Source: a virus
Reading direction: 5' to 3' (one strand)
DNA: 64,000 nucleotides
UHGV virus genome: UHGV-0021788
Shown here: one piece after another, positions 55,196 to 64,000 of the stretch
How the letters are laid out: every line of letters starts with the position of its first letter
Numbering within the stretch: the stretch's first letter is position 1
Translations under genes and position numbers: made by a program
The notes under the pieces: generated by a model
The model's input: the letters and a program-made list of their open reading frames with translations, nothing else
Database searches by the model: none
Told to the model about the DNA's origin: nothing

Positions 55196-55874
55196 CTACT
55201 TTTATTCTTTTTTTATTATCTAAAATTAAACATCCTTTATCTGTTATTGCATAATTTAAAGTTTGCTTAAAAGAGCAATCTAAAAATCTATTAAATTCTC
55301 TAAATAATTCTTCATGATTTTCTTCATTGTAATGGACGAATAAGTTAACTATATCTATTAACCCTATTCCTTCATATTTCATTGGTATTGCATTTGTCAT
55401 TACTACATAATATTCTAATAAGCATAATGCCCCAGCTGACTCCCCTATTAAAATTTTGTTATCCAATTGTTTTATTGTATCTAATAATTTATATTTCTTT
55501 AACATCATCATTAGCATATCCATAGAACCACCAGTAAAATATATTACATCTGACGTATTTATTAGCCATTTAATAAGGTTTAAATTGTCCAAAGGAGTAA
55601 TTACATTAAAATCTTTAATCCCATACTCTCTAAAGTGTTTATTATGTTTATTATAGAATTTACCATTATATTGTAAATCAGTTTGATTTTTAAATAAATA
55701 TTCTAAATCACAAGCAAATGGAATACATACTACTCTTGAATTAGGTTTTATATATTCCTTAACTTTATTATAACATTGTTTATCTTCTAAGTAATCAGCA
55801 TTAGATAATAATATATATTTATTCATATCAACCACCACCCTTTTAATATATTTGTCTGAAGAATTGTAAATCAT
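55179..55874 (-). CDS. Peptidase S51 (dipeptidase E / class I glutamine-amidotransferase-like) family protein.
   Basis: 'IYFTGGSMDMLM...LIGESAGALCL' matches the S51 nucleophile region. Confidence 0.4.
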   Translation of the reverse strand: MIYNSSDKYIKRVVVDMNKYILLSNADYLEDKQCYNKVKEYIKPNSRVVCIPFACDLEYLFKNQTDLQYNGKFYNKHNKHFREYGIKDFNVITPLDNLNLIKWLINTSDVIYFTGGSMDMLMMMLKKYKLLDTIKQLDNKILIGESAGALCLLEYYVVMTNAIPMKYEGIGLIDIVNLFVHYNEENHEELFREFNRFLDCSFKQTLNYAITDKGCLILDNKKRIKVGEIYG

Positions 55875-57294
55875 TATTTTTTATTTTATAAATTTTATTA
55901 TGTCTCCAATTTATATATTTCCATATTAATTTAGTTCCATCTTCTAATTTTCCAGCTGATTTACTTCTGCCTTTACAACAAGATGTTACACCACTTGGAC
56001 TTTTAATATTATAGAAATTACAAGCATCAGTTATTGTATAAAATAATTTACCAGTGGTAATACATATAACTCCTCTTGAACAATAATTATCTTTTCCTTT
56101 TTTCTTTAAATTTCCAATTCTTTTACTTTCTTCTTTTGTATAATCGCATTTATTACATTTCACTCCTTGTTTCAAATAGCTTCTAACCGTAGACCTATTT
56201 AAATCAAGTATATTACTTATTTTATTAATATCATGTTCTCCATTGTTCCATAATTCCCATGTTTTAACACACAAACTATTCTGAGTTTTTTTCCATGCTA
56301 ATTCCCAATTAATATCAGACAAATTAAATAAATTTGATAATTTCTTAGTTACATTTTCTTTTAACCATTCTAAAGTTGAATATCTACAATCTATTACTAT
56401 ATAATTATCTACATGAACTTTAGCACATTTATATTTAAATAAATCATTCATTTGTTCTTGGAATAAATTTCTTTTAGTTAAACTGCATTCTTCATAATGT
56501 TGTATCCCATTTATTTCTATTATCATATTATATTTTTTAATATAAAAATCATATTTGAAATATCCACACCATTTAAAATCTGATTTATTTAATTGTGTTT
56601 GAAAATCTACGTTAAGTTGTTTTAATATGTTTATCATAAATTTTTCAGGAATTGAAATGCCATCTGAACAAAAATTACAAGAATATCCTCTATTAACAAT
56701 AAATTGTAAAACTATTTTATTTTCACTTACTAAATTACAATCCAAACACTTAAAATAATATTTTTTATGACTAAAAGGTGCTATACTATAGCAATCTTCA
56801 AAGGTTAAATCATTTTCTTTTATAGCAATCATTCTGGCTATTTGAGGATATTTATATGCTAAACTATCTCTCCAATGAGTTCTATTAGTACTGCAATACC
56901 CACATTTACTTCCATTATAAAAATTATTACACTTCATTTTATATCCTATTTTATTTCCTTCTCTATCATAATTATGATAATCGTGTTCTTGACAATATAA
57001 CCATATAATAGTTCTGCTACTTTTAGATGTTTCATAGGGATTAATGCCTAATTCATTATTTTTCTCCCAATTCCAAATATCATCTAAATTTAATCCTAGT
57101 TTATTTTCTATATAGTAACCAATACTATTTTTTAACGGGTGTTTAATATCTCCGTTTTTAAAATTTTTATAATGCTTTTTATAAGCTATAGTACCATCTT
57201 CAAATTGTATATCTATATCTTCATATTTTCTATAATTTATTACAGTCATTTTTTCGCCTTGTTTATTGTATTTTATTTCTCCTTCTCTATTCAT
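55843..57294 (-). CDS. Free-standing homing endonuclease (Zn-ribbon + Vsr-like/DUF559 + HTH + C-terminal Cys cluster), overlapping the start of the S51 gene. The likely real start is ATG 57249.
   Basis: 'YFKYDFYIKKYNMIIEINGIQHYEE'. 'ISNILDLNRSTVRSYLK'. N-terminus 'MTVINYRKYEDIDIQFEDG' shared with 43108 and 39936. Confidence 0.55.
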   Translation of the reverse strand: MNREGEIKYNKQGEKMTVINYRKYEDIDIQFEDGTIAYKKHYKNFKNGDIKHPLKNSIGYYIENKLGLNLDDIWNWEKNNELGINPYETSKSSRTIIWLYCQEHDYHNYDREGNKIGYKMKCNNFYNGSKCGYCSTNRTHWRDSLAYKYPQIARMIAIKENDLTFEDCYSIAPFSHKKYYFKCLDCNLVSENKIVLQFIVNRGYSCNFCSDGISIPEKFMINILKQLNVDFQTQLNKSDFKWCGYFKYDFYIKKYNMIIEINGIQHYEECSLTKRNLFQEQMNDLFKYKCAKVHVDNYIVIDCRYSTLEWLKENVTKKLSNLFNLSDINWELAWKKTQNSLCVKTWELWNNGEHDINKISNILDLNRSTVRSYLKQGVKCNKCDYTKEESKRIGNLKKKGKDNYCSRGVICITTGKLFYTITDACNFYNIKSPSGVTSCCKGRSKSAGKLEDGTKLIWKYINWRHNKIYKIKNNDLQFFRQIY

Positions 57295-57529
57295 TTATAT
57301 CATCTTCTTTATGTAATAATTCAAAATACTTTAAATCACATAAATATAATATCATTTCTGTTCTATTCATATCTAATTTATCACATATATATTCAATTCT
57401 ATCATTTTCTATTTTATTAACTTTCATTGTTATAAGTTTATCTTTTTTCAAACTAATCTCTCCTTTAAAGTAAAATAAGGTATATACAAATATATAACAT
57501 ATCTGTATATACCTTTAATAAGACTTACT

Positions 57530-58780
57530 TTATATAAAAAATATACTATTATCTTTATCAGCACAAATTATTTTAGTAGTTTTATTTGATTTTCTAAGTT
57601 CTTCTTCCATCTTATCTCTAAATTTATATTTACTATCATCACTATGATGTATAACAATTAAATTAGTATTAATACCTTTCATCATTTTGATTATTTCTTC
57701 TCCTTGTATATGAGAAGACCATGTATTATATCTTATAACTTTAGCTTTCTTTTTAAATGACATATTTTCAATTTTAACTTCTTTAGTATTATCTTTTAAT
57801 AATAATCCTCCTACTGTCGTTGGAGCACAATAGCCAATTATCATTATAGTATAATTACTATCTTCTATATTTGCTTTTAAATGATTCAATATTCTACCTA
57901 TATTACACATACCAGCAGATGATATTACAATTTTTTGTTGTTCTTTATTAAGTGCTAAATTCATAGATGATTCAAAATCTTTTACAAAATGAAGTTTTTC
58001 CCATGATAATATTTTTTCAAACATATCTTTATCTTCTTTGTTTAATATTTGTTTATAAACATCATTGATTTCCAAAGAAAGTTTACCATCTAAGAATATA
58101 GGAGTTTTAAAATTTGGGTCATTAGAAAAAGTATTATATAAGTAATATAATAAATCTTGAGTTCTAGCTTGAGCAAAAGCTGGTATTAAAATTGAATGAC
58201 CTTGTTTTAATTCGTTGATTATATCATCTTTCATTTTCTTTCTTTCTTTTTCGATATCTTTTGCATTAAATCCTCTTGATAAATCTGAATAAGTTGCTTC
58301 TGTTATTACTAAATTAGCATTTGATATAGTTTTAGTTTTTTTACGGAATGGTTGTTGATTATTGAAACTACCTGTATCTCCACTATAATATATTTTTTTT
58401 GTAACTCCACTTGGCATTTTAAAGAATAATTCTATTGAAGTTGCTCCTACTATATGGTTATTTGGCAAAAGTCTAAAGCTAACATATTCATTTAACTCAT
58501 GTATAACATCTTCTTCATAAGTAGAAGTTTTTGATAACATTCTATATACATCGCTTTCAGTATAAAGAGGTTCTACCTTATATCCTTGATTACTCATTTG
58601 TCTACAATTTCTTTGTAATATATAAGCACCATCTATCAATAAAGGTTCAGATAATTCTTTATTCTCATAACCCATAATAAATTTATCTACATTATCTACT
58701 ATAGCTGGTAGATTTCCTATATGGTCTAGTGATTTCAAAGATGTGAATGAGATACAAAACAAGCTTTTATTTGACCACAT
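57530..58780 (-). pseudogene. C-terminal ~95% of an MBL-fold beta-CASP nuclease, frame-disrupted relative to ORF 58735..59436.
   Basis: Begins within motif II '...DHIGNLP'. beta-CASP motifs 'YSGDTG', 'ITEATY', 'WSSHIQGEE', 'VIHHSDD'. Confidence 0.5.
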
Positions 58781-59436
58781 TCACAAACTTTTTCAACCAC
58801 CCCCTTATTAACTACATATTCTTCTCTTAAAGCACCATTCATTTGAACCATACCACATTCAATAAGAACTTTTTCATAGTCTCCTTCTTTTGTTGGATAT
58901 GATAAGAGTATAGAAGTTCCAACAACTCCATTATGGCTTTCGCCTACGAATTCAACTATTACTTTATTTTTATTTTTCTTACTTATAATATATGGATTCT
59001 TTTTCTTCTTTTTCTTTTTCTTGATTACATTGAGATTTTCTTTTCTGCAATCCAAAAAATCACCATTTATAAATTCTATTTTATTATCATTTCCTAGTAT
59101 ATAATTTTGTAAAGTTGTATTTTTGCCTAACACATCTCCAATAATACAAGAATGTTTTTTATTCCATCTTACATTTTTACATGTTTTTACATCATCTAAA
59201 TCTATTAATACTCTTTCTTCAAGTTCTTCTTGAAATAAAGTATCATATAATACAATTTCAGCATAATCTTTATGTATTATTATTTCATTATTGTCAAATT
59301 CTGTTACAGGACTATCTGATATACAAAAACCATATTTCCTATATTCATCCCAATGTTTTTTACAAAGTCCATTTTTATTTTTTTTGCTTAATAATTTTCC
59401 ACATTGGCTACAGTGTTTTTTATTATCTTTATCCAT
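58735..59436 (-). pseudogene. N-terminal part of the same nuclease: Zn-ribbon, poly-Lys linker and MBL motifs I-II, ending 'ACFVSHSHL*'.
   Basis: 'CSQCGKLLSKKNKNGLC'. 'KKKKKKKK'. 'VEFVGESHNGVVGTSILL'. The HxHxDH motif is split by an 11-nt segment 'tgaaatcacta' (58754-58764). Confidence 0.5.
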
Positions 59437-59591
59437 TTATTTCCCTCCATCCATACCCTGATACAAATATTTTTATATTTTTAATAACAATGTTTTATGG
59501 TTAATAATAAATCTATTCTTCATATTCAACACCTCTTTACCTTTACATATATTAAATAAGTCAAATTCTTTATAATTATCTATTTACTTAT

Positions 59592-59620
59592 ATTATACTA
59601 TCAGTCTTATTAAAAGTCAA
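59592..59620 (-). promoter_or_regulatory. Early promoter TTGACT-N17-TATAAT abutting an upstream terminator hairpin.
   Basis: + strand ATTATA 59592-97, AGTCAA 59615-20. Hairpin GGAGTGAA-tttcac-TTCACTCC 59621-59642. Confidence 0.55.
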
Positions 59621-59642
59621 GGAGTGAATTTCACTTCACTCC
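59621..59642 (-). terminator. Terminator hairpin after ORF 59667..59867, fused to the next promoter.
   Basis: 8-bp GC-containing stem directly adjacent to the -35 element. Confidence 0.45.
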
Positions 59643-59666
59643 TAATAAAATTAAAATTTTATTCAA

Positions 59667-59867
59667 TTACTCCTTTGCAAACTCACCTAATTTTTCACCA
59701 CACATAGGACAATAATTTAATTTTATCCCATATATACTTTCTTTATGTCCTCCAACTCTATTTTCTTCTAAATAGTTACAACTATTAATTTTTATTGCAT
59801 AATCACTATTATTTTTATACATTAATGGTTCTTTATCTTTATATTTACCTTCGCAATATTTACACAT
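59667..59867 (-). CDS. Small zinc-ribbon protein (66 aa).
   Basis: 'CKYCEGKY...CPMCGEKL'. RBS AAGGAGGATTAATATG. Confidence 0.45.
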   Translation of the reverse strand: MCKYCEGKYKDKEPLMYKNNSDYAIKINSCNYLEENRVGGHKESIYGIKLNYCPMCGEKLGEFAKE

Positions 59868-59879
59868 ATTAATCCTCCT

Positions 59880-60071
59880 TTACTTATATTCTACCAAATA
59901 CTCTTTTATATCATCTATAAAATAACAATCTTCACTTATTATAATTGGAAATCCTACGAATAAAATTTGCATAATATTTTTCAAATCATCAAAATCTTTT
60001 ACTTTATCAAAATCAACTATATATCGCTTTGGCATTTCAGTAGTTGTAAAATCTTCTTTCTTTATTTCCAT
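59880..60071 (-). CDS. Hypothetical small protein (63 aa).
   Basis: RBS AAAGGAGATGATAATATG. Promoter 60105-60133. Confidence 0.35.
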   Translation of the reverse strand: MEIKKEDFTTTEMPKRYIVDFDKVKDFDDLKNIMQILFVGFPIIISEDCYFIDDIKEYLVEYK

Positions 60072-60104
60072 ATTATCATCTCCTTTTATTATCTATTTAC
60101 TTAT

Positions 60105-60133
60105 ATTATACTACTACTCTTATTAAAAGTCAA
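60105..60133 (-). promoter_or_regulatory. Early promoter TTGACT-N17-TATAAT abutting the hairpin 60134-60155.
   Basis: + strand ATTATA 60105-10, AGTCAA 60128-33. Hairpin GGAGTAGA-ttaatt-TCTACTCC overlaps the stop of ORF 60144. Confidence 0.55.
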
Positions 60134-60143
60134 GGAGTAGAAA

Positions 60144-60551
60144 TTAATCTACTCCTAATTCTGTAATGTTTGTGTTAAAATTTTCATTTAAATATTCACG
60201 CAAAATATGTCTATGGCAAAAATCAGTAGACTTTTCATAACACAATAATACAATTTCCGTATCTGTAATTCCTTCATAATCATACATATCTTCGAGTATT
60301 CGTTCTAAATCTAATTCTTTTAATTTATCAATATATGCATTTATAAAACCTTCTTGTGATATGTTGTTATTTTTTAGTTTAAAAACATTGTCACCAGATG
60401 GTGCTAATGGTTTATATTCCATATAGTATTCTTCCCTATCTAAGAACCATTTAGGTAGACTGGTTGAAATTAATATTGGCATATATCTATCCTTTTCTTC
60501 TTTTGATAACCTAGAAAAACGAGCATAATAACTTGTTTTCATCACAATCAC
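60144..60551 (-). CDS. DUF488-like protein.
   Basis: 'EIVLLCYEKSTDFCHRHILREYL' resembles the DUF488 C-terminal Cys/His motif. Confidence 0.35.
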   Translation of the reverse strand: MIVMKTSYYARFSRLSKEEKDRYMPILISTSLPKWFLDREEYYMEYKPLAPSGDNVFKLKNNNISQEGFINAYIDKLKELDLERILEDMYDYEGITDTEIVLLCYEKSTDFCHRHILREYLNENFNTNITELGVD

Positions 60552-60557
60552 TCCTTT

Positions 60558-62145
60558 TTATTTATTTGCTTTTCTATATTCATATTCTTCTTTATTTAAT
60601 TCTTCTACTTCTTCTTCATTAAGTAAATGATATTCATCACACCATATTTCAAACTCTCCATTTTGTACCCATTTTGTTTTAGTTATTGTATTTCCATCTT
60701 TGTCTATTGTTTCAACTTCTTTTTTTTCTTTTTTTGCCTTTTGAAACATATGGTATACATTGATTACACTAAATGCTTTAAATGGTTGTGCTTCATAAAT
60801 TCCTTCACCAACTTTTATTTCTATGTTTTTTCCAGTACTTATATTAAAAATCCATGCTTTTTTATTCTTAAATTTGGTTATAACATCAATAACGATACAA
60901 GTTGATGAATCATAATCTTCAAAATAATAATTACATTCTCCAGTCATTTCAAGATTAATTTTAACCTTATCTATTGATGGCATTTCGTTATCTTCTATAT
61001 TCAACATTAATTCATTACATAATTCTAATGCTTTTTCTACTTTATATTGTTTATATTTATCTTCTTTACTTTTTTCAGTTGCATATTTTTCTATTATTTC
61101 TTTAGGATATGGTAGGTCAGCTTTATTAAATGATACTTCACCTTTCTTAGATTTTAATTTTTTACTCATTATTTTTTCATATAAATCTATAATATCTAAT
61201 AATTTTTGTGATTTACCAAATTCATCGAAGAAATCTATTGCTATTAATATATTAAGTTGTCTTGAGTTTATAGATGTTTTATCATTTAAATCAATAAGTA
61301 AATCCATAAAACTATTATATTTATTATCTTTTAACATATATAATTCTTGTGATACTTGTTCATTCATATATTTTATACTAGCCATACCTTTATATATAGA
61401 ATTACTTTCTTTATCCATAAAATATTCAGCTTTAGAATATCTAAATTTAGGTGGTAATAATTTTATATCAAAATAACTTAATTCTTTTATTAGTCTATTT
61501 GTTCTAGTTGAATCATCGGAATAAATAGATAGGGCAACTGTATAATATTCAAGAGGATAATGTGATTTTAAAAATGCTCCATACAGACTATCATAGGCAT
61601 AAGAAAGTGAATGTGAAGCATTGAATGAATATTTTGAAGCATCATTAACTACTTGCCATGTTTCTTCAAATCCATCAATTGAACCAACTTTATCTATCCA
61701 ACCTTTTTTTAATTTTTTTTCTAACTCTATTAATTCTTTTTCTTTAAATTTTTTCTTTGATATTTTTTTAATAATTCCATATGTTTCAGGCTCAGGAATA
61801 CCTAACCATATTAAATATTTCATAATAGATTCTTGATACATCAAATAATGATAACTATCTTCTAACAAATTATCCAATTCTTTTACACCTGTTGTATATG
61901 GTTTTCTTTCTATAAAATTATCTAATAAAGAAGCAAATCCTGGTCTAATTGAAGCAACAAACGCACTCATTTCAGCTACACTAGAAACTTTATATCTTGA
62001 TGCTAAATTAGTTGCAAAATCTGAATCAGATTGATTTATTGTACAAGTTATTTTATCTTCATATATTTTAAATGTTTTTTCATCTAACATTTTTTCTAAT
62101 TCTTTAATAGTCGGTATTTTAATATTAGCTAATTCACAAGTTTTT
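60558..62145 (-). CDS. dnaE: 3' exon of the split dnaE-type DNA polymerase III alpha gene. The ORF track starts at internal ATG 62090.
   Basis: 'SKYSFNASHSLSYAYDSLYGAFLKSHYPLEYYTVAL' (DnaE 'SFNKSHA..YA..Y.TAYLK.HYP' motif). Frame open upstream of the ATG to ~62150, no RBS. Confidence 0.55.
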
Positions 62146-62515
62146 CTTATTAATGTCCAAACTGTAACCGCAAGATACGTTAATACCGTTCCTTTCGGAA
62201 TACTTTAACACCCATTTAAGGGTCGGACTAGACTATACCTTTATCTTCGACATTACTCGTTAAGATATGCCTATTATAGTCGTTGAAGGTTTCCCATTTT
62301 AAAGGGATTTCCCTGCTGATTATCCATTCATTCGCCCTTAGCGCCTTTTACAAGGCTTTTATTTCAGCTTAGGTAATCCTTATAATTTTTTCTGCTTTCG
62401 CAACCATCAAGCTTAATGTCACCATTTACTTTGTGGTTTATAAGGCTTTAGGAACTCCCAGCAATTTAAGGCATCATAATCTACATAATTTCTTATATAG
62501 ACGACTATTAAATTA
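62146..62515 (-). mobile_element. ORF-less group I intron in dnaE, same family as the phosphoesterase-gene introns. Splice sites approximate.
   Basis: On the - strand: P 'AAATTGCTGGGAG' (rc of 62456-68), Q 'AATCAGCAGG' (rc of ~62312-21), R 'CCTTCAACGACTAT' (rc of 62277-90), S 'GGTATAGTCTAGTCC' (rc of 62226-40), 3' end '..TTTGGACATTAATAAG'. Confidence 0.6.
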
Positions 62516-64000
62516 ATCATTCTTTAGATATTTATAAACATCACAATTATAACCATCTAAATTACAACATATTCCTTCTTTAGTTTTTATTAAACCAATT
62601 TCTTCTGAAACATTTTTATCATATAATAACATTGAACAAGGTGATTCTGATATACTTTCTACTACTCCTTTAAATACTTTTGAATCTTTTATTATTTTTC
62701 CCCAATATTCATCATTTTCATATTGTTCTAAATTTTTAGCTATTTCATCATATTTACTAACATGCATATCATTTGCCTTACACCATAGTCTAAAAGCAGA
62801 TGAATCTTGTAAAGGTTTATATGATAAAATCCAAGCACAATTTTCTTCGCCTAATAAATCTTTAGTTGCTTGTATAAATACTGAACGGTCTTCTGTATTT
62901 AAATCTACATCAGGCAATGAACGTGTACCTAATATACGTTCTATACTCATAAATCTAGTTGGATACAATGGAACTGGTGCAGACAATCTATCTATTTCTG
63001 TTAAACCTAATAATTTATTTATAATAAAACTTACAGCTGAATTATGAACTATCATATTATTAAGTAAATAACTATGCTCATTTTCAACTTCTATATCATA
63101 TACTGTGGTTTTTTGTTTAGGTAATATAATGATTTCCTTAATAGGAAGATAATAGTAATTATTATCCTCGAAAGTTCTTTCATTTTTTTTCTGTGAATAA
63201 TTAGAATTTTTATTTAATCTTAATTTATAAGATTCTTTACATAAATACCCTTCTTTCATTTTATGTTCTTTTCTTACGCTTAAACTATTTACTCCTTCAT
63301 CCGTCATTAAACATAATAATTTATATGCGTTTATTAAAGATTTTGAAGTATTATCGAAATTGATTCTATATTCACAAAAGCTTCCATCTGATAATCTTAA
63401 TCCTTTTACTATACCTAATAAATTTTCTTTTGATTGATTAAACCATTTTTCATTAAATATTTTATCTTTTCCTTTTTTAGATTCAAATAATTCCTGTTTA
63501 ACAAAATTACAAAATACTGTAGAATTAATATATAGTTGACTTAATTTTTTAGTTTTACTTACATTTTCATATATAGATTTATTTAATTTAGATGCTATAT
63601 TATAAAATATTTCTCTATTATATTTATCTTTTTCAGTAGTATTGTTTATGGCTAATCCAACACTGGTTTTTTTAGAAGTAAATCCGTCGCCATACATTAA
63701 TCCTATAAATATATTAAATTCTTTATCTATTTCAATATATCTTTCTAATTTTGAAAATTGTTTAGATTTAACATATTTAGAATATTCTTCTTGGGTATTA
63801 AAAGGTATATAATCCATTAAAGCTTTATATTTATCTTTTTTCCTATTAAAACAATTTTTTTTCATATTTGCAAAATTTTCTACTAATGACTTACCAACAC
63901 CTATTTTTCTTGCAACATCACTAGGAGAATATTTATAAATAGTATTAGTTTTTTCATATATATATTTATCATCAAAATCAAATCCGTTGATATTATAATC
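62516..64000 (-). CDS. dnaE: 5' exon segment of dnaE, 5'-partial at the window edge. Contains the C-terminal part of an intein and the downstream extein.
   Basis: Extein 'SAVSFIINKLLGLTEIDRLSAPVPLYPTRFMSIERILGTRSLPDVDLNTEDR' (pol III alpha core). Frame open to nt 64000. Confidence 0.55.
63041..64000 (-). mobile_element. Intein with a LAGLIDADG homing-endonuclease domain inside dnaE. The N-terminal splice junction lies beyond the window.
   Basis: LAGLIDADG-like 'IFIGLMYGDGF' and 'LGIVKGLRLSDGSF'. Intein C-terminus 'YDIEVENEHSYLLNNMIVHN|S' (His-Asn + Ser+1 at 63038-63043). Confidence 0.6.

Noticed and set aside
58995-59025. Poly-A/poly-K tract (KKKKKKKK) as a programmed slippage site.
   Set aside because: It is in-frame and far from the actual frame break at 58754-58764.
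62146-62515. The gap between the two dnaE ORFs as a simple frameshift or gene fission.
   Set aside because: The gap is 370 nt, not a few nt. It contains P/Q/R/S group I signatures nearly identical to the phosphoesterase-gene introns.

Overview
Strongly AT-rich window that reads as part of a large tailed phage genome, probably from a low-GC Firmicute host (Clostridium/Bacillus-like). Long AGGAGG/GGTGA-type RBSs with AT-rich spacers and a host sigma-A-like TTGACT-N17-TATAAT promoter support this. Positions 1-36.6 kb (+ strand) form a late/structural module: modular tail-fibre and host-recognition proteins (collagen-like Gly-X-Y fibre, Ig-like repeat protein, giant fibre with a GH16 glucanase domain, fibre with a C-terminal S74 intramolecular-chaperone domain, PTR-repeat fibre, subtilisin, alpha/beta-hydrolase, LTD-metallophosphoesterase, CotH/LRR giant protein) and a lysis cassette (amidase endolysin then holin). 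Positions 36.6-64 kb (- strand) form an early module: ThyX, dCMP deaminase, dUTPase, class II RNR with NrdR boxes, guanylate-kinase-like kinase, NCS2 nucleobase permease, RuvC-like resolvase, Pnk-HD kinase plus Rnl1-type RNA ligase, ClpP-like protease, beta-CASP nuclease and a dnaE-type polymerase. Each early gene is driven by copies of one conserved promoter element. The most unusual feature is the density of self-splicing and selfish elements. I infer six group I introns: two HEG-containing introns splitting the phosphoesterase gene, three back-to-back introns with 18-nt and 93-nt micro-exons splitting the CotH/LRR gene, and one ORF-less intron in dnaE. There is also a LAGLIDADG intein in dnaE and nine homing-endonuclease genes of four families. 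No rRNA, tRNA or CRISPR was seen. All calls come from reading the sequence and ORF translations; no database search was run.
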